From: Epiperipatus broadwayi
Lineage: Eukaryota; Animalia; Onychophora
Direction of reading: 5' to 3'
Length of the DNA stretch: 64,000 nucleotides
Assembly (NCBI GenBank): GCA_028023455.1
Contig: JAQFVV010000003.1
Location: 18,476,001 to 18,540,000 of the forward strand
This document shows, one piece after another, positions 48,493 to 62,385 of the stretch. The position numbers were made by a program, and so were the translations under genes. Numbering within the stretch: position 1 is the stretch's first letter; every line of letters starts with the position of its first letter. The notes under the pieces were generated by a model. The model ran no database searches. It worked only from the letters and a program-made list of their open reading frames with translations, and was not told the origin of the DNA.

Positions 48493-51291
48493 GTAAGTTT
48501 ATTTTTATTGAAAAAACAATATTATATTATGTGCTAATAAAATAATCCACAACCTTTTTTAGTTTATATGTAATTTGTATTTCACATCAATAATTAATAT
48601 TTTTTTATTAAAGAATCCAAATATTCTTTTAGTCATTTCACAACTGAGGTCACTAAAATATGTAGTTACTGATATAGTACCAGGTCAACATAACTAAACT
48701 ATCTAGAGTGCTTGAATTAAAACCTTATAATGTTTAAAATTTAAAGCCATTGTTTTGAATAGCATAAAAGAAGTAAAAGGTGTCTAAAGATAAGAATTGA
48801 ATCAGTGTCTATAGAAGTATTATACTGTCTTCACCAATGATTTATTTTTACTATGTAGTCACTCTGTTGATTCTTACCTGACTGATCTATTTTAATACTG
48901 TATTTTTACTTTCAATTAAGAATAATTAGATACCCTTTACCAATCAATATTGAATAATTAGTTGGATTTTCTATGGGCTGTCTATCCTAGAAAAAAAAAA
49001 TTCTAAGATTGCTTCCATTTGAATTCAAACTCTAGATTGAGTGTATGGTATGTGAATAAACTGACCATCCTTTAAAAAATAGCTTCTGGATATTTATAGT
49101 TAGTTAGTGCTTCCTATTGAGGATGTTTAGCAATTAAAACTAAGTTTACGAATCTGTTCAACCTTACCACCTCCATATCTTTTGATTGCTTATACTTTCA
49201 TAAATAGCTTATAAGACAGAATAATTTCTGCTGCCAAATGAGCAATGTATGTAGATATAATTTTTTATTTAACAACATATATTTTAATTATATAAATAAA
49301 GAGATCTGAAAAAGATAACTTCCAAAATGGATTTCATGCAATATTAACAGGCTTTAATTGACCCATGTTATGATCTCTTTTAGTATTTATTATTGTTAAT
49401 AAATACTAAACAAAAATAGTGAAGACATGTGAGAGGTTGTCATCTGGGTCAACTGATGAGTGCTGATTTGGTATTCTTTTTCAGGTAACTTTATTCATGT
49501 GATTAAAATATAATGTAAAAATTATATTTAAGATATTATACATGAAAAAAAGTGAAATGAAGTTGAATTAAGTATTTCATGAGGCTGTGTTTAGTAATAA
49601 TAGAAATATTAATCTGTAATTAAAATTTAAAATGTATAAGCTAAAAATGATAATTTATAATTTAATAAATGATTAATAATAATCATGATAGTATTTAACT
49701 GAAGAGGATAGTGCCATAAGAATGCACCAAAGTTTGTTAGTTTTAGAATAAATTGTAATAGCCTAAATATAAATATATATTAATGTATATTGAAACAGTA
49801 AGATTCGTATTCGAATCTTAAGTTTCACCTTTTTCTGTCGTCTCTCACTGACCGGTCTATCCTGCCCAAATTTAAACTTTTTGATATCGAATTGTGTGTG
49901 TAACAATATTAAAAATGTATAAATATATGTAGAATTCAGCATAAACACGCACACATTTCGATCTCAAATTAAACGCAATAAATAGGGATAAAATAATATA
50001 ATTTAGATTTCTTTTAGTTATATGATTTTGTATAATTTTAATCATTTATTTTGGATTATAAAGTTCGTATTTATTGCTTTGTTTAAATTTCATTTAATAA
50101 TAATTCTAAAAAAATCTGATGTAATATTTAATTAAAAGTTAAAATAATCTTATGTTCCCTTTTTGTTTTTGAAATTTAAAAGCATCGGTCAGTGATAGAT
50201 AATAGATTAATTAAAGAAAAATTCCCCAAAATATAATTAGTAAATGTAAAATGTAAACAATAGAACGGCAGCTTTCTTTAATTAAAAACCAACAAAATGC
50301 GTTGATTATCCTCAGGGCAGATTAAATAGAACCTAAAAATACCTTAACAAAAACATGAGAGATCAAGATAAAAAAAGAGGCCATCTTAGACTTGCTGGAG
50401 ACATTCACTTAAACTTTAGCTTTGCTCTCGATCACTGAGAGTCTCCAAAATATAAAATAATTTGTTCCTGCCAAGGTATGACCGAGTAAAGCACCTAGAT
50501 TATTCTCCATCGGGAGATGGCCTGTCGGATGCTGAACTTTCCATTGCCCGTCATAAATTAACCATGAAGATCTGCTGCCTGAAATAAATGAGAAAGCTGC
50601 TGCTGCTGCTGTGAAAGTAAAATGAAACGTCTAAATACAAGAAAGAATGGCCACTCATGAACTATTTGCTACTTAACCAATGGACTCGGAAAACTTCTTA
50701 TAAAACAGGTACCTGTCTGTATTCAAACTCTAGAGTACTCTAATAATATGTTATAGCTCTTCTTCATAATACTTATCTAAATTATAAAATGTAAAACTAC
50801 CATTTGTATAACTAAAATTGAATAATTAATTTAATGTGTAAATTTCTTTACTAATCTAGCTTACCTCATTCTATCTTGGGTGCGTATTTTTAAAATCTAC
50901 ATTTTATCTATATTTATTATCTAATTATTGCATGCTCACAATTGTCTCTATTTTCAAAGTTTAAATCTATGATCGTTTGAAACAGTGAATGCGTGTCACA
51001 TTTTCATTAATATGTATTTTCCTAAATAACTTAACTTCCATATAAATCGACACGCATTCAATGGCATCATTTATTGTAATGCAGGGGTCTACTACTTCGC
51101 AAATGGCTGACGTATTAGTTACAATAATTCCCAATTTATATCTGTTTTGTATTTATTAAATCATCATGAATAATTCCAGAAAATTTACATTTCTTTGAGA
51201 GTCACCAACGTTCTTTAGTAAATGTTGATAATGTAGGGCCGAATTAGAAATCTATTTAAATCTCATCCTAATCGTTTGTACATTATACATG

Positions 51292-52371
51292 TGTTACGTT
51301 TTAGAGACGCGATGACCCATTCCGCCGTGAAATTTCCGGATTCTTCAGGGTTGAAATTAACCCCAGTCGTCCTACACAAGCGGGCATAATGGGTGCTCCC
51401 GTAGGACTTGACAATGTCATGCAGCCAGCCGGCAAAACTGCGACACGGACTGCTTGTCCCTGGTTATGCTTATGTGACACCTTACTTCGTCGGGCCGGTG
51501 GCAGAGACCAGCCCGACATTCTTATAAACTCATTCACGGCATTGCAGTTTCGATATACTGCCATTCCATATCGCCTTTCTAAAGCGTGCCACGTGTTCCT
51601 TTACTTAGTTTTATTATTCTAAACATATCACTCCGCCTCTGCATTATCTGCATAATTCACTCTCAAATAAATGTTTGCCCTTAGTTATAAATAAATATTT
51701 TAATTAAATAAATATATGTCTGCCATTACTCCTATAACCCATACTTTAGACTCTTGCATTGCAAAGGTATAAATCCCTCCAGGCATGCATTAGAAATACT
51801 CACTCGAGAATTTTAGGTAGCTAGATTACGCCTTCAAAGAAATGTATTCCTTTTGTAAACATTTCAGTATCGGAAATACCGCTACTGAAATCCTCAATAT
51901 AAAATAATGTCTAAATAAATAAATGTATTCTTTAAAATATAATCATGTCACAAATCCCGCTACTGAAGCTTTAAATCCACAAATATTATTAGTAAATGAT
52001 TGTTTTATTAAAATGTATTAATAAATAATTTTAAACTATATGTCTGCAGTTGCATTTCATTTATTCGATACCCATTCTATATAATATTTCCTCGATTATG
52101 TAAATATGAATGTTTAATTAATATTAGTTTGGTTATTGGCTAACTCGAGAATAAAATCATGAGTCTCTTGCATATCCCTGACCACCGTGCCTAAGGAAAT
52201 CTTTACTAATGTCGCATCAGATGCGTTGTTTCGTGGATCGTATTGTGGAACCGATAAACTATGTTCGAACTCAGTACCACGGGTGGCTTCGCTACTCGAT
52301 GGTGCTGCTGTTCTGTATGGTGGTCGAATTCTGCACTAGGTTTACGAGCCACACGTTTTCTGACCGTTACA
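51292..52371 (+). mobile_element. Solo LTR, ~1.08 kb
   Basis: Termini TGTTACG...CGTTACA; flanks ACATG / ATATG form a 5-bp TSD with 1 mismatch. The interval is CpG-rich relative to background and has an internal TATAAA and AATAAA. Confidence 0.72.
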
Positions 52372-53139
52372 ATATGTAGGGCCATATGACTGGGTAATCA
52401 AGACACTAATGTCAGATAAAGCTATTTCAAAGTTAATTTATTTGTTTCACTTATTTTAAATGAGTTTTTTTATGCTTTTGAATATATATTTATGATTGTG
52501 GAGCTAAATGCCAATAGTAAGTGGGTCTATAATATATAAAATAAAATGAAGATCCTTATATCTATTACACAAAGAGTCTTACACATTTTGAAAAATACAT
52601 TCAAAGAGCTCTCTTATCATTAACACGAAGTGTCTCATTGCCAGTTATCATGTGATTTTGCACTTGGGAATTTTAAAAGCTAAAACTATTTTGGAGATTC
52701 TTTATTTGGGAATCCATTCTTTAAATATTTTTTTTAATTGTATATCAAATAAAATGTCATATGATTTTATCTGCTTTAGTAGCCGTAACTTATTATATTT
52801 ACTCTACTTCAGAATCAGCTATTTTAACTTTGATATATTCAATAGATTCAAATAAGAGGCACTGGACTTTTCAGTGTCTTATACAGCAGAAGTCTTAGTA
52901 TAATAAATAATTGAAAGTAAAATCAAATTGTTTAATGCTTAAATCCAGTCACTGGTAATCAAGAAACAGTTGAAAATGATACCATATCAATATTTTTAGG
53001 CTAGTGTTTGACTATTGACTTTCACCAGTTGGATTTGCATATCAAGCATTCATCTTTATCTCTTTCATATTATTCAAGTTAATAAACTGAGATTTAAACA
53101 TCATAAATGATTTATAGTATTAGAATACAAATATAATTT

Positions 53140-53420
53140 AATATACTTGGAGTTTAGATATAATTGTAGGAGATTTGAATCCAGATTTTCAATCTCCCTT
53201 CAGCTATCCATTCTATCTCCTACAACCAATACACATGACCACACATAAATTAAAAAGATAATTGATCTCTAATATATGTATTTCGTTCAGAACCAGCATT
53301 CATCGGTTGGTCTAGATCATCATCTCACATAATGTATATAATCAGTCTTGGTTTATATTAAGATAGCAAATCTTCAAACTTTAATAGACAGGCTTCAATC
53401 TACTCCACCTTCCATATCAT
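53140..53420 (-). repeat. Dispersed ~290-bp repeat, copy 2
   Basis: Reverse-complement partner of 26335-26615. Confidence 0.7.
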
Positions 53421-53884
53421 ATATATAAAAATTGGCATAAAATTGATGTTATAAAATACGTAATAGCTGGACAAATAACTAAGTATACAGCTATATAATG
53501 GTTTGGGCTAGTTATTGACATATGTATCAGAGTTTAAGATGGGAAAAGTATGAGAGGAGATGACTAATAAAAATCATGAAAATTAGGTGTGAAAATTGGT
53601 TCTGGGTCAAACTAATATAAATACAAACATTTTTGATTTAGTTTGATTGAAAAATTTAATTATTCTGAAAGAAGAACTCAGTTATGCATCATATAACATG
53701 CCCAGTTAATTAATCTGTAAATCTATTTACTTTGTGATAAAAGTGTTTAGAAGAAAATTCTAGTCAGATGATTGAAATTCCAAAATCAATAGTTCCAAAA
53801 AATAATCTTATAGCAAGAAATATTTTTTAGCATTTACATGACCATCTCTCTCTACTTATATTTATATATATTGCAACCTTTTGA

Positions 53885-54400
53885 AATAGAGAGAGAGAAA
53901 GATAAGAAGAAAATAGAATAAAGGAGAGATAATAGTAAAGATAAATGATGAAAATGAAATGAGAGAAGCCAATTGTAACCTAATAGAATGAGATGGGGGT
54001 ATGAGAAAGAGAAAAGAGAGATAGAAAAGAAGAGAAATGCTAATAATGAAATGATAATAATGATAATAAAGGGAGAAAATTATGAAATTGAGGTAAACAT
54101 GATGATTATGAAAGGTACATGGAATAGGAAGAGGGAGAAGATGATAAGAAGGAGATAATGATAATGGTAAAAAGAAATGATGGAAAAGAAAAGTATTGAG
54201 AGGGAAAAGAAATGGGGAAAATTGATAGAAATGATATATATAATGGAGAGAGAAAAGAAATGAGATGATGGAAAGATATGAAAGAGATATAGAAGAAGAA
54301 GAGATGGGATAAAGGAGAGAGAAATATGAAATGAAATGATAGAAAGAAATGACATGAAAAGAAATAGAATAAAATTGAAATGAAATAAAATATAAATTAG
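53885..54400. repeat. Purine-rich (GA/ATG) low-complexity tract
   Basis: About 500 bp with almost no C on the plus strand; degenerate GAAA/GAGA/ATG microsatellite mixture. Confidence 0.85.
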
Positions 54401-56329
54401 AGACTCTAAACGACTCGGCTCAGTGGGGTTACAATAAATTTAAAGAAAAGAGATGATGATCCAGAGATGTATAATCAAATAAAGGTCAAATCCAATACTG
54501 ATGAACTATACCGACTATAGTATATTAATAATAATCTAATACTAAGCCATACCAAAGATTATCTAAATCACTCCTCAATGCTTACCAGATTAGTCTTACC
54601 AATAAATCATACACTCTCTGAATAAGACTTATGATGCTTTGCTTTAAAATATTATCTTACAGAATTATATTTAATAAACAACAAGAGTAAATAACCTCAG
54701 GGATTTTAAAATTAACACTCTTGTATAAAATTAAAGTTTAAGTTAAGTTGCCTAACAAAGAATTACTGTGATTAATAAATAAATACGTGACATCTTAGCT
54801 GACCATAAAATAATTATAGTATGTTCAATCTTAAAAGAATAAACAAAACAAATATTAATTCACAAAATTTAGTGAATCAATTTAAATTTAAAGTAATAAT
54901 GGCCTATTATCTAAGATATTACTTGAGCAAAGAAAAGAGCAAGGGTACTTTTAATGCCTTTCCATACTCACAGACAACCACTAAAGACCTCAAATGCCTT
55001 AGGATTAGAATTCTTTAAATATATAAGATTAAGATGATGATAGATGATGTGCAATAAATGTAAGATAAGATAATGTGCAGCTTTAAAATAATATTAATTA
55101 AAATATTCTTCTAAAGTACTAATATTGTTAATCTGATATTGCATAATCTTTAGTCTGAAAGATATACTGATAATTTTAAAAAAATAAACTTTTAACTAAG
55201 TATTTAATTAGGTATCTGCTATAATGCAATTATCTTTATTTGTGATTCAATATGAGAATCATTTACTTTAACATAGTTTTTAATTTTCAAAACAATATCA
55301 CTATATTTAATTAACTTAGAGTATCCTTGTGAATGTCTGAATTTAAGATTCAATAACTTTTATATTTTAAGATTTTGTGAACTTGGAACCAAGATAATAA
55401 TATATTTTCATATAAAAGTAAAACAAACAAAACAAAACTTTTGAAATAATAATAATATGGTTTATTAAGAACAATAAAAAATTCTTACAAATTTAATGAA
55501 CTACAATCATTGCCAATATCACACTGGGATTTAACATAAGTATTTTGACTTTTAATAATTTCCTTTAATTTACATTAGTATACTTAATAACAGGTTAAGG
55601 CTATTCAATTTCCATCTCTTTTAATAATTAGAGATTTTACAATCTTTAACTGTAATTATAATGTCTGAATTTAATAAGCACATTATAATTTTTTTAATTA
55701 AAATATTTTAAAACATTATGGTATCATCTAGTAATCAGAATTACACACAAAACTATGTTTATCTTTGAACCTCTAACTTAATTCTATAATCCTAAACTTA
55801 ACAAACGCTAAGTTGGAAAAGCATATATTTTGATAACTACAACTATTTATACTGATATAACTAATATTAAACCAATGATATATTTTTAAATTAGACTAAA
55901 GTAATCTTAAAATAAAACTAAGTTATGTGTATGGGACATTCATTCATCAGAGATTAGTTATATTTTTTTAAATACATTTAGTCTGTATAAAATTATTTCC
56001 TCAATGTTATAAAATTAATAATATAACAGACTTACAAATTCAGTGGCGAAACTCTGGATGAAAATAGTAAATTATTATGTGTGAATTGCCACTTATACCA
56101 TATGCATATTTAATATACTTTAAAATAAATATAATTTATTGTTGGTTAGCTTGTGGGTAATAAAACTATCATAGCAACACAATTCAATCATTGATATACT
56201 TATGAGCCTTAAATTAGCTACAACTACCTGAAGAAATACATTTCCTCAAACAAGCATATCTTGTCATCACAAATCTAAAACAAATGCAACATCACCTACT
56301 GTGGTGGAATTTGCATTAAGTCATCATGA

Positions 56330-56850
56330 ATGATAGGCAAAAAATATAAAAATACTAAGCTCCTCAGAGCTGGAAAAGAATATGGTGGCTTCCAAAATAC
56401 CTAACTTCGAGGCAAAACAAAGATGTCTGGTATTCATCTTCAGTACATCTGGGAACAGGAATACCCACCAGAAAAGCACAATCCTCTCTCATGGGATTTT
56501 CAATGCTTATAAATGTGATCATCATCACTGAAAAATACAATACCCTCTTTTTGGGGATAAGCACTATCAAATCATGGAAATACAATACAATAAGGATGGA
56601 GGATACTCTTGACTCCATAAACATATTCAAAAATTATGAACTAAGCCTAATTCTTGAGGCTACCAAATTCTAACTAATAGCAAGATATATACTTCACTTA
56701 AACTAACTAAGTTATTTCCAAGAAATTTATAAAATACAAAACATATATCCAATATTCGAACCAACAAAGCAAACTATGTGTCAACTGACTACTGTAGAAA
56801 ATACTTTAAACTTAAATGCATATAAAATTTTAGGCAAGGTACGATGCACA
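56330..56850 (+). mobile_element. Possible very old non-LTR RT fragment
   Basis: LFP....I.PIFEP.K resembles FP..WK.A.I.PI.KP.K; no other motif is clear. Confidence 0.25.
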
Positions 56851-58545
56851 CATAACAAAATATTAAATGCTAAAAATATAGTAACTAGTGGACTTTTGAA
56901 ACGGTAAATTAAATGCAAGAATATTTACTTCTCGATGAATATAAAATATTTGTAATTATTCTTAATATAACATTCATAAAACAAATGAATGTATATTCTG
57001 TGATAAACTTCTTTAATAAATTTAAAATAAAAATTGAATAAAGCATCCCATTTATATGAAAATAAGACTGTGATATTTAAGTCTCTATAACTAAAATTAT
57101 TAAATAGAAACTAACTAGTGTAATGCTTGATGAATAAACTAAATCTACTTAAGAATGGCAAGAAACATTTGCTCATTCAAATAAGCCTATTTCGTTTTAA
57201 AATTATAACCCTAGTTTACCTGCATATTTATGCAAAAAGTGTTACATAAAGATTTAATAGCATAAATATTTTTATGGTTTCATTTTTTTTAACCAATAAA
57301 ACAAACAATAAAAAAAAGAATAATAATACATTAACTTAAGTTCATATTTTGGCTCCGTGATGATTTTTCCATTTCATAATGTGTAGACAATTTATCCAGG
57401 TTTAGATATCTATTTAAATTCAAAGCTTCAACTAATACATTTATATACTTGGCAGTCATTTCCAAACGAAAGTGTTCAGTAGCTCTTTATATAAACACGT
57501 TCACTTTCTTTTATCTTTAAAGATAATTTTAAATATTAAAATAATAAAACATCGTAAGCATAAACATAAGTTGGCACTGGAAAATAAATTATTCAACTGA
57601 GTAGCATAAGTATAATAAGCATAAGTATAAGTAAAATAAGCCGGCATTGAAACTAATAAATTTTTCAGCTGAGTACATGTTTTTTTTATATTTATAATCC
57701 TAGGTTCAAACGTGGAATAATTATAATATATCTATTAGTTAACTTTCACTGTTCTTCTTTAGATAAATGCATTTTTTTAAAATAGAGCTCTTTTTTTTTT
57801 AAAACGTTTCTTAATATTTAAAAATGTATTTCTTTTTTTTTTAAACAAATTTCCTTTTATTTATTTTTAAAACATAAGAGTAGACTTTGTTTATAATTAA
57901 GGACGCTCCTTGTTTTATGAACTAAGATCAACGGTCATAAAGTTACTTATAAGTACTGGCTACTATAACAAAACATTACGTATTTGACAGAGACAAGTTC
58001 ATTAATAATATTTTTAAATTCATTTAAAGTTTTATTTCCAAACAAATTCTTTTCATATTACTGGCATAAACGAGAATTAGCATTTTAAAATACATATTTT
58101 CTTCTTTAATATTATTCTTTTAAGAGCATATTTACATGTATATAGCATGTATTAATAATGCAGTATTAAATTTAATGTCACTTTTAATTTATAAAGACGC
58201 TAACGCATTTCCATTTTAATATTTTAAAATATTTGAATGTCTTTTTTTTTTTTAATTTCTTCTTCACATGTATTTTTAATTTGATAGGAGGTATACTATA
58301 TTTTAGTGCAATAAAGTCTTTAGCCATAACAATACTTAATAATTTAAGTTTTTTTTTTTTTCTTATGTCATAGCATCGGCCGGGACGTGAACCCACAACT
58401 GTCTGCAACCAACTACTTGCTTGCATAGCGACTGCAATACCTCTTGGCTAACAATGAATAGAACAAAAGCAAATGAAATATGAGACGCTGTATTTTCTGC
58501 AAACATTTTACTATAAATTTTAATGCCTCAACTGGAATGAAAAAC

Positions 58546-59704
58546 TGTCAGAAAAACGGATTACCTTTTCTTCTCAGCCCACTGTCATTACTGGACGATT
58601 TAAAATAATGGTTTTAAAAACATACTTTTTTTTTTTTTTAGAAAATATAAAGTTTTAAAAATTACTTTTTATTAAAGAACTTTTAAGATTTAGCTACACA
58701 TATATTTAAAACAGATCAGCAACAGAGTGACTCCTTAGATCTCCGTTTATCTCACAATTTTTCACCCCCCCCTACAGTTTAATTAAAAAACCAATAAAAA
58801 CTATTTTTTATTAAATTTTAATATTCCAACAAACCAGCTGTAAAATCGATCTAATGATGTAATCAATATAATCTTCCCATACCACGTGACCTTCAGCTGG
58901 AAAACTAAAATTTTATTATTAACAAATATTGTGCAATAATTTTTTTTTTTAATGATATTTTATCCAACCCATAGTAATAAATATAAAATTTAAAGTTATA
59001 CCCTTTATTAAACCCATAAATATTTCATTGAAATAATTTTATCCACACATTTGTTTTATTTATTTATTTTAAACAATATTGAAATTAAATTAGTTCTTTA
59101 TTTTTATATTTATATTATCCTTGCAGGCATAGACATATTCTCACATACGAATGCAAGCTAATTGTTTAAAAGTTATTTTTAGAATTACAACAATAAAATG
59201 TTAATGAATATTTAATCTACATAATTTTTATAACTGAATGTTAAACTACAAAAACTAACAACAAATATTCTTATTTTTTTCAATAAAAACTTACATATCA
59301 TTTTTTTAAATTTATTACTTACTTATTCCAACTTAATAATAATATCTTATTATTATTCTTTAAACATTAGAATAGATTATACGATAGTTAGTTTAGAATA
59401 CATTTAATATTACTTACAAACTGACAACTATTTCTGATATCTTTTTTTTTTTTTAGAATTCAAATTATTATTTAGCATTTCTTACCAACCTAACTCATAT
59501 ACCTTTTTCAAATACTTAGACATAATTCCATAATACAACAATGATTATAATCAATACAAGATTATCCTAGTTTAGTCATTAACTAATTTAATTTTCATTT
59601 TTATCATTATTATTTTTTAAAAATCAGACAATTTCAAACCAAAAGGTTAAGCTAAGATAACCTTTGGCTCCTTTTGGAACTAAGTGAAACTTCAGTTAGG
59701 TACA
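58546..59704 (-). repeat. 3' LTR (1159 bp)
   Basis: Near-identical to 62386-63539 (by eye ~12-15 substitutions plus small indels). Confidence 0.82.
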
Positions 59705-59868
59705 ATTTTCCCACCATTGGAGAAAAAAATATATATATATAAAAATAACAACAATTATAATTTAAACATATACACTCTTTTATTATAAATCAACAATCAA
59801 TGGCTAAGTTTGACAAGCATGGTCTCTAAATTGCACTATAAACTAAGTATACTAAGTTTTACAAAATT

Positions 59869-61745
59869 TTAGATTTTCTTGGGATAAAGTATTAAATTTC
59901 TGGCATTGTAGGTACCTCTCATTCCTTCGGGTTTAGACACTAGGAAAGCATTCTCTCCTACCTGTTTTATTATTTAATAAGACCCTTCATACAACTCAAG
60001 GAATTTCCTAAATAAATTTTTCTGGGGATCACTGACATGTGGTGTCCTAATCATGACATAATCATTAATTTTAAATGGATGAGGACTAGCCTTACATCGT
60101 TGAGTGCGTTTTTCACCCATTTTTCTCATATTAACACGAGCTAGGGTTCAATCATTACCTAAATCAAAATTTTCTACAATAGCAGGCAACGGAGTTTTAA
60201 TAAGCAAAGGTTCTGATTTTCCATAATGGAGTCTGATAGGAGAAAATTTGGTAGACTCGTTAATGGTAGTATTGATATAACGTACAACCTGTGGTAATTT
60301 ATGAACCCATTGTCTATGATCCTGCTTACCATAAACTCTAAACAATCTCCCTAATTCCCTCATAATCCGTTCACATGGATTAGACTGGGGGTTTCTGATG
60401 GAACACATAATTTGTTTGACATTATTCCGCTGACCCCATCTTTTCCACGTATCTGATATAAAGGCGGTCACATGATCTGAAAGAATTATAACTGGTTTCC
60501 TTACTAAAGGAATCTGAAAATTTTCCAGGCATTTAATTACACTTTTGGCATCTGCCTTTGGCACTGCGTATGCTGATACAAATTTAGTAAATAAGTCATA
60601 CATGACTAAAATAAATTTTTGCTTATTGAAGGGTGGAAGAGGACCATAGAAATCAATGGCTAATAACTCATTAGGCAAAATAGGCTGTAAAGTACCCACA
60701 TAGGATCTATTGCTAAATTTAGTTCTGATACATATGTCACACTCCCTTAAGTTATTTGTAATAGCTTCATGGGTTTTATTGAACCAAAAGAATTGTCTAA
60801 TGATGGGCTCAATCTTTTGTATTCCATAATGACCATAACTACAGTGGACATAGTAAATAAGCTTATTAATTAAAACACTAGGAATTATAACTCTCCATGA
60901 AGTCTCATCCCCTTTTCTTAATTTCTTCATAAGTAAATCATTATGTATTTTATATCCTTCCCTAATTCTGATTGTAAAATTATTATTTTTAGCTAACCTA
61001 ACCGGGTCCTCCAATAAATCTATAATTCTTTTAAGCCTAGCTCCTTGCTTTTGTAATATTTTTAAATTTTGATAATCCTGAACTATTTCACTTTCTAATG
61101 AAGGGGATACATCACAAACTACAATATTTTCTGCACTGGGATTCTGGTAATGAACAATAACAGGATGGCGGCTAAGTATATCAGCAATAATGTTATCCTT
61201 ACCCTGACAATATATAATTTGGTAATTAAATTGCTGTAAATAAAGGTTCCACCTCACTAATCTTTCATTATTTAAGTAGCTCCTATTTAAGAATTCTAAG
61301 CTACGGTAGTCTGAAAGTGCAACAACCTCTGAACCCAACAAAAATTGTCTTAATTTTTGGAACCCCCATACTACAGCTAAAGCTTCTTTTTCTGTAGTAG
61401 TATAATTTAATTCGGCCCCCCTAAGATGTCTACTTAGAAAATACAAAACCCTGGGCTCTCCCTTATCACTTAATTGGTACAAAATAACCCCGAGACCAAA
61501 CCCACTGCTATCGGTCTGTAAATAGAAAACCCTGTTAAAGTTGGGGTAAGCTAAAATTACTGTTTTAAGAAAATTGTCCTTTATAACCTGAAATTCTAAA
61601 TCATGATCCTGGGTCCACCTCCATCTTTCATTTTTCTTCAACAAAATTGATAAATGAACTATCAGCAGAAAAATTCCTATAAAATCTGTGATAATAATTA
61701 CACAGCCCCAAAAACGACCTCAACTGTTTCCTGGTCTTTGACCTC
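59869..61745 (-). pseudogene. Gypsy pol fragment; 498-aa open RNase H + integrase ORF at 60148-61644
   Basis: KQLRSFLGLCNYY (frameshifted), QTDSSGFGLG, NYTTTEKEALA, H-H-C-C, and DDE residues AIDFYGP / ILSDH / NPCERI. The C-terminal GPY-like tail continues to 59869 through two stops. Confidence 0.92.
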
Positions 61746-61950
61746 GACTAAGCATATAGGCCTTGATATATGTTGAGTAGATCCGTAGTAGATGTTGGTG
61801 GATTTTATTGACTTTGTTTGGAGTCATTATTTTTGTTATTGCCCAACTGTGAAGGCTTCGATTAAGCATATAGGCCTCGATTTATGTTGTGAAAACCTGT
61901 ATTAGATGTTGATAGATTTTTGTAGATTTTGCTGACTTGGTTTGGAGTCA
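61744..61950. repeat. Two diverged ~114-bp tandem units at the deletion junction of the Gypsy element
   Basis: TCGA.TAAGCATATAGGCC...TAGATGTTG...TTTGGAGTCATT at 61744 and 61858. Confidence 0.8.
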
Positions 61951-62385
61951 TTTTGCTATTGATTCTGATTTTATGCAAATTTTTCAATTTACTATATAAA
62001 ATCGAATTAGATAAGCTAGTTATTTAGTCTAATTAAGGCTAGTTAGAATCAACATGTCTAAATTAAAAGACAAGTTTTGAAGATATCAATATATTATCAT
62101 TGATAAGTGCAGTTTATAAATTATCATCATACAAATAAATAATTGACTCTGTATTGCATTTATTGATATTATGGTATCTGAGTTGTCTGTTATTTGATAC
62201 TTGTTGTTTTGTTAATCAGGTGTATTAACAAATTATTATTTTTATTTATTGATATTTGTTGAACGTTTGTGAACCAAGACTCATATAAAAGTGAACAAAA
62301 CATATAATGGTGGGAGTCGTAAAAATAAAATATTCTTTATCGTAGCATTGTTGCTGTAGTTTTAATTGTCTTGATTGTTAGGAGA

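Noticed and set aside
51301-51622. Overlapping 87-aa and 77-aa ORFs
   Set aside because: They lie inside the solo LTR, have no recognisable domain, and are expected from the higher local GC.
54080-54355. 91-aa hydrophobic ORF
   Set aside because: It is an artefact of translating the pyrimidine strand of a GA-rich low-complexity tract.
54498-54525. CTGATGA followed by an ACTATA/TATAGT stem
   Set aside because: No GAAA or stem III follows, so there is insufficient support for a hammerhead.
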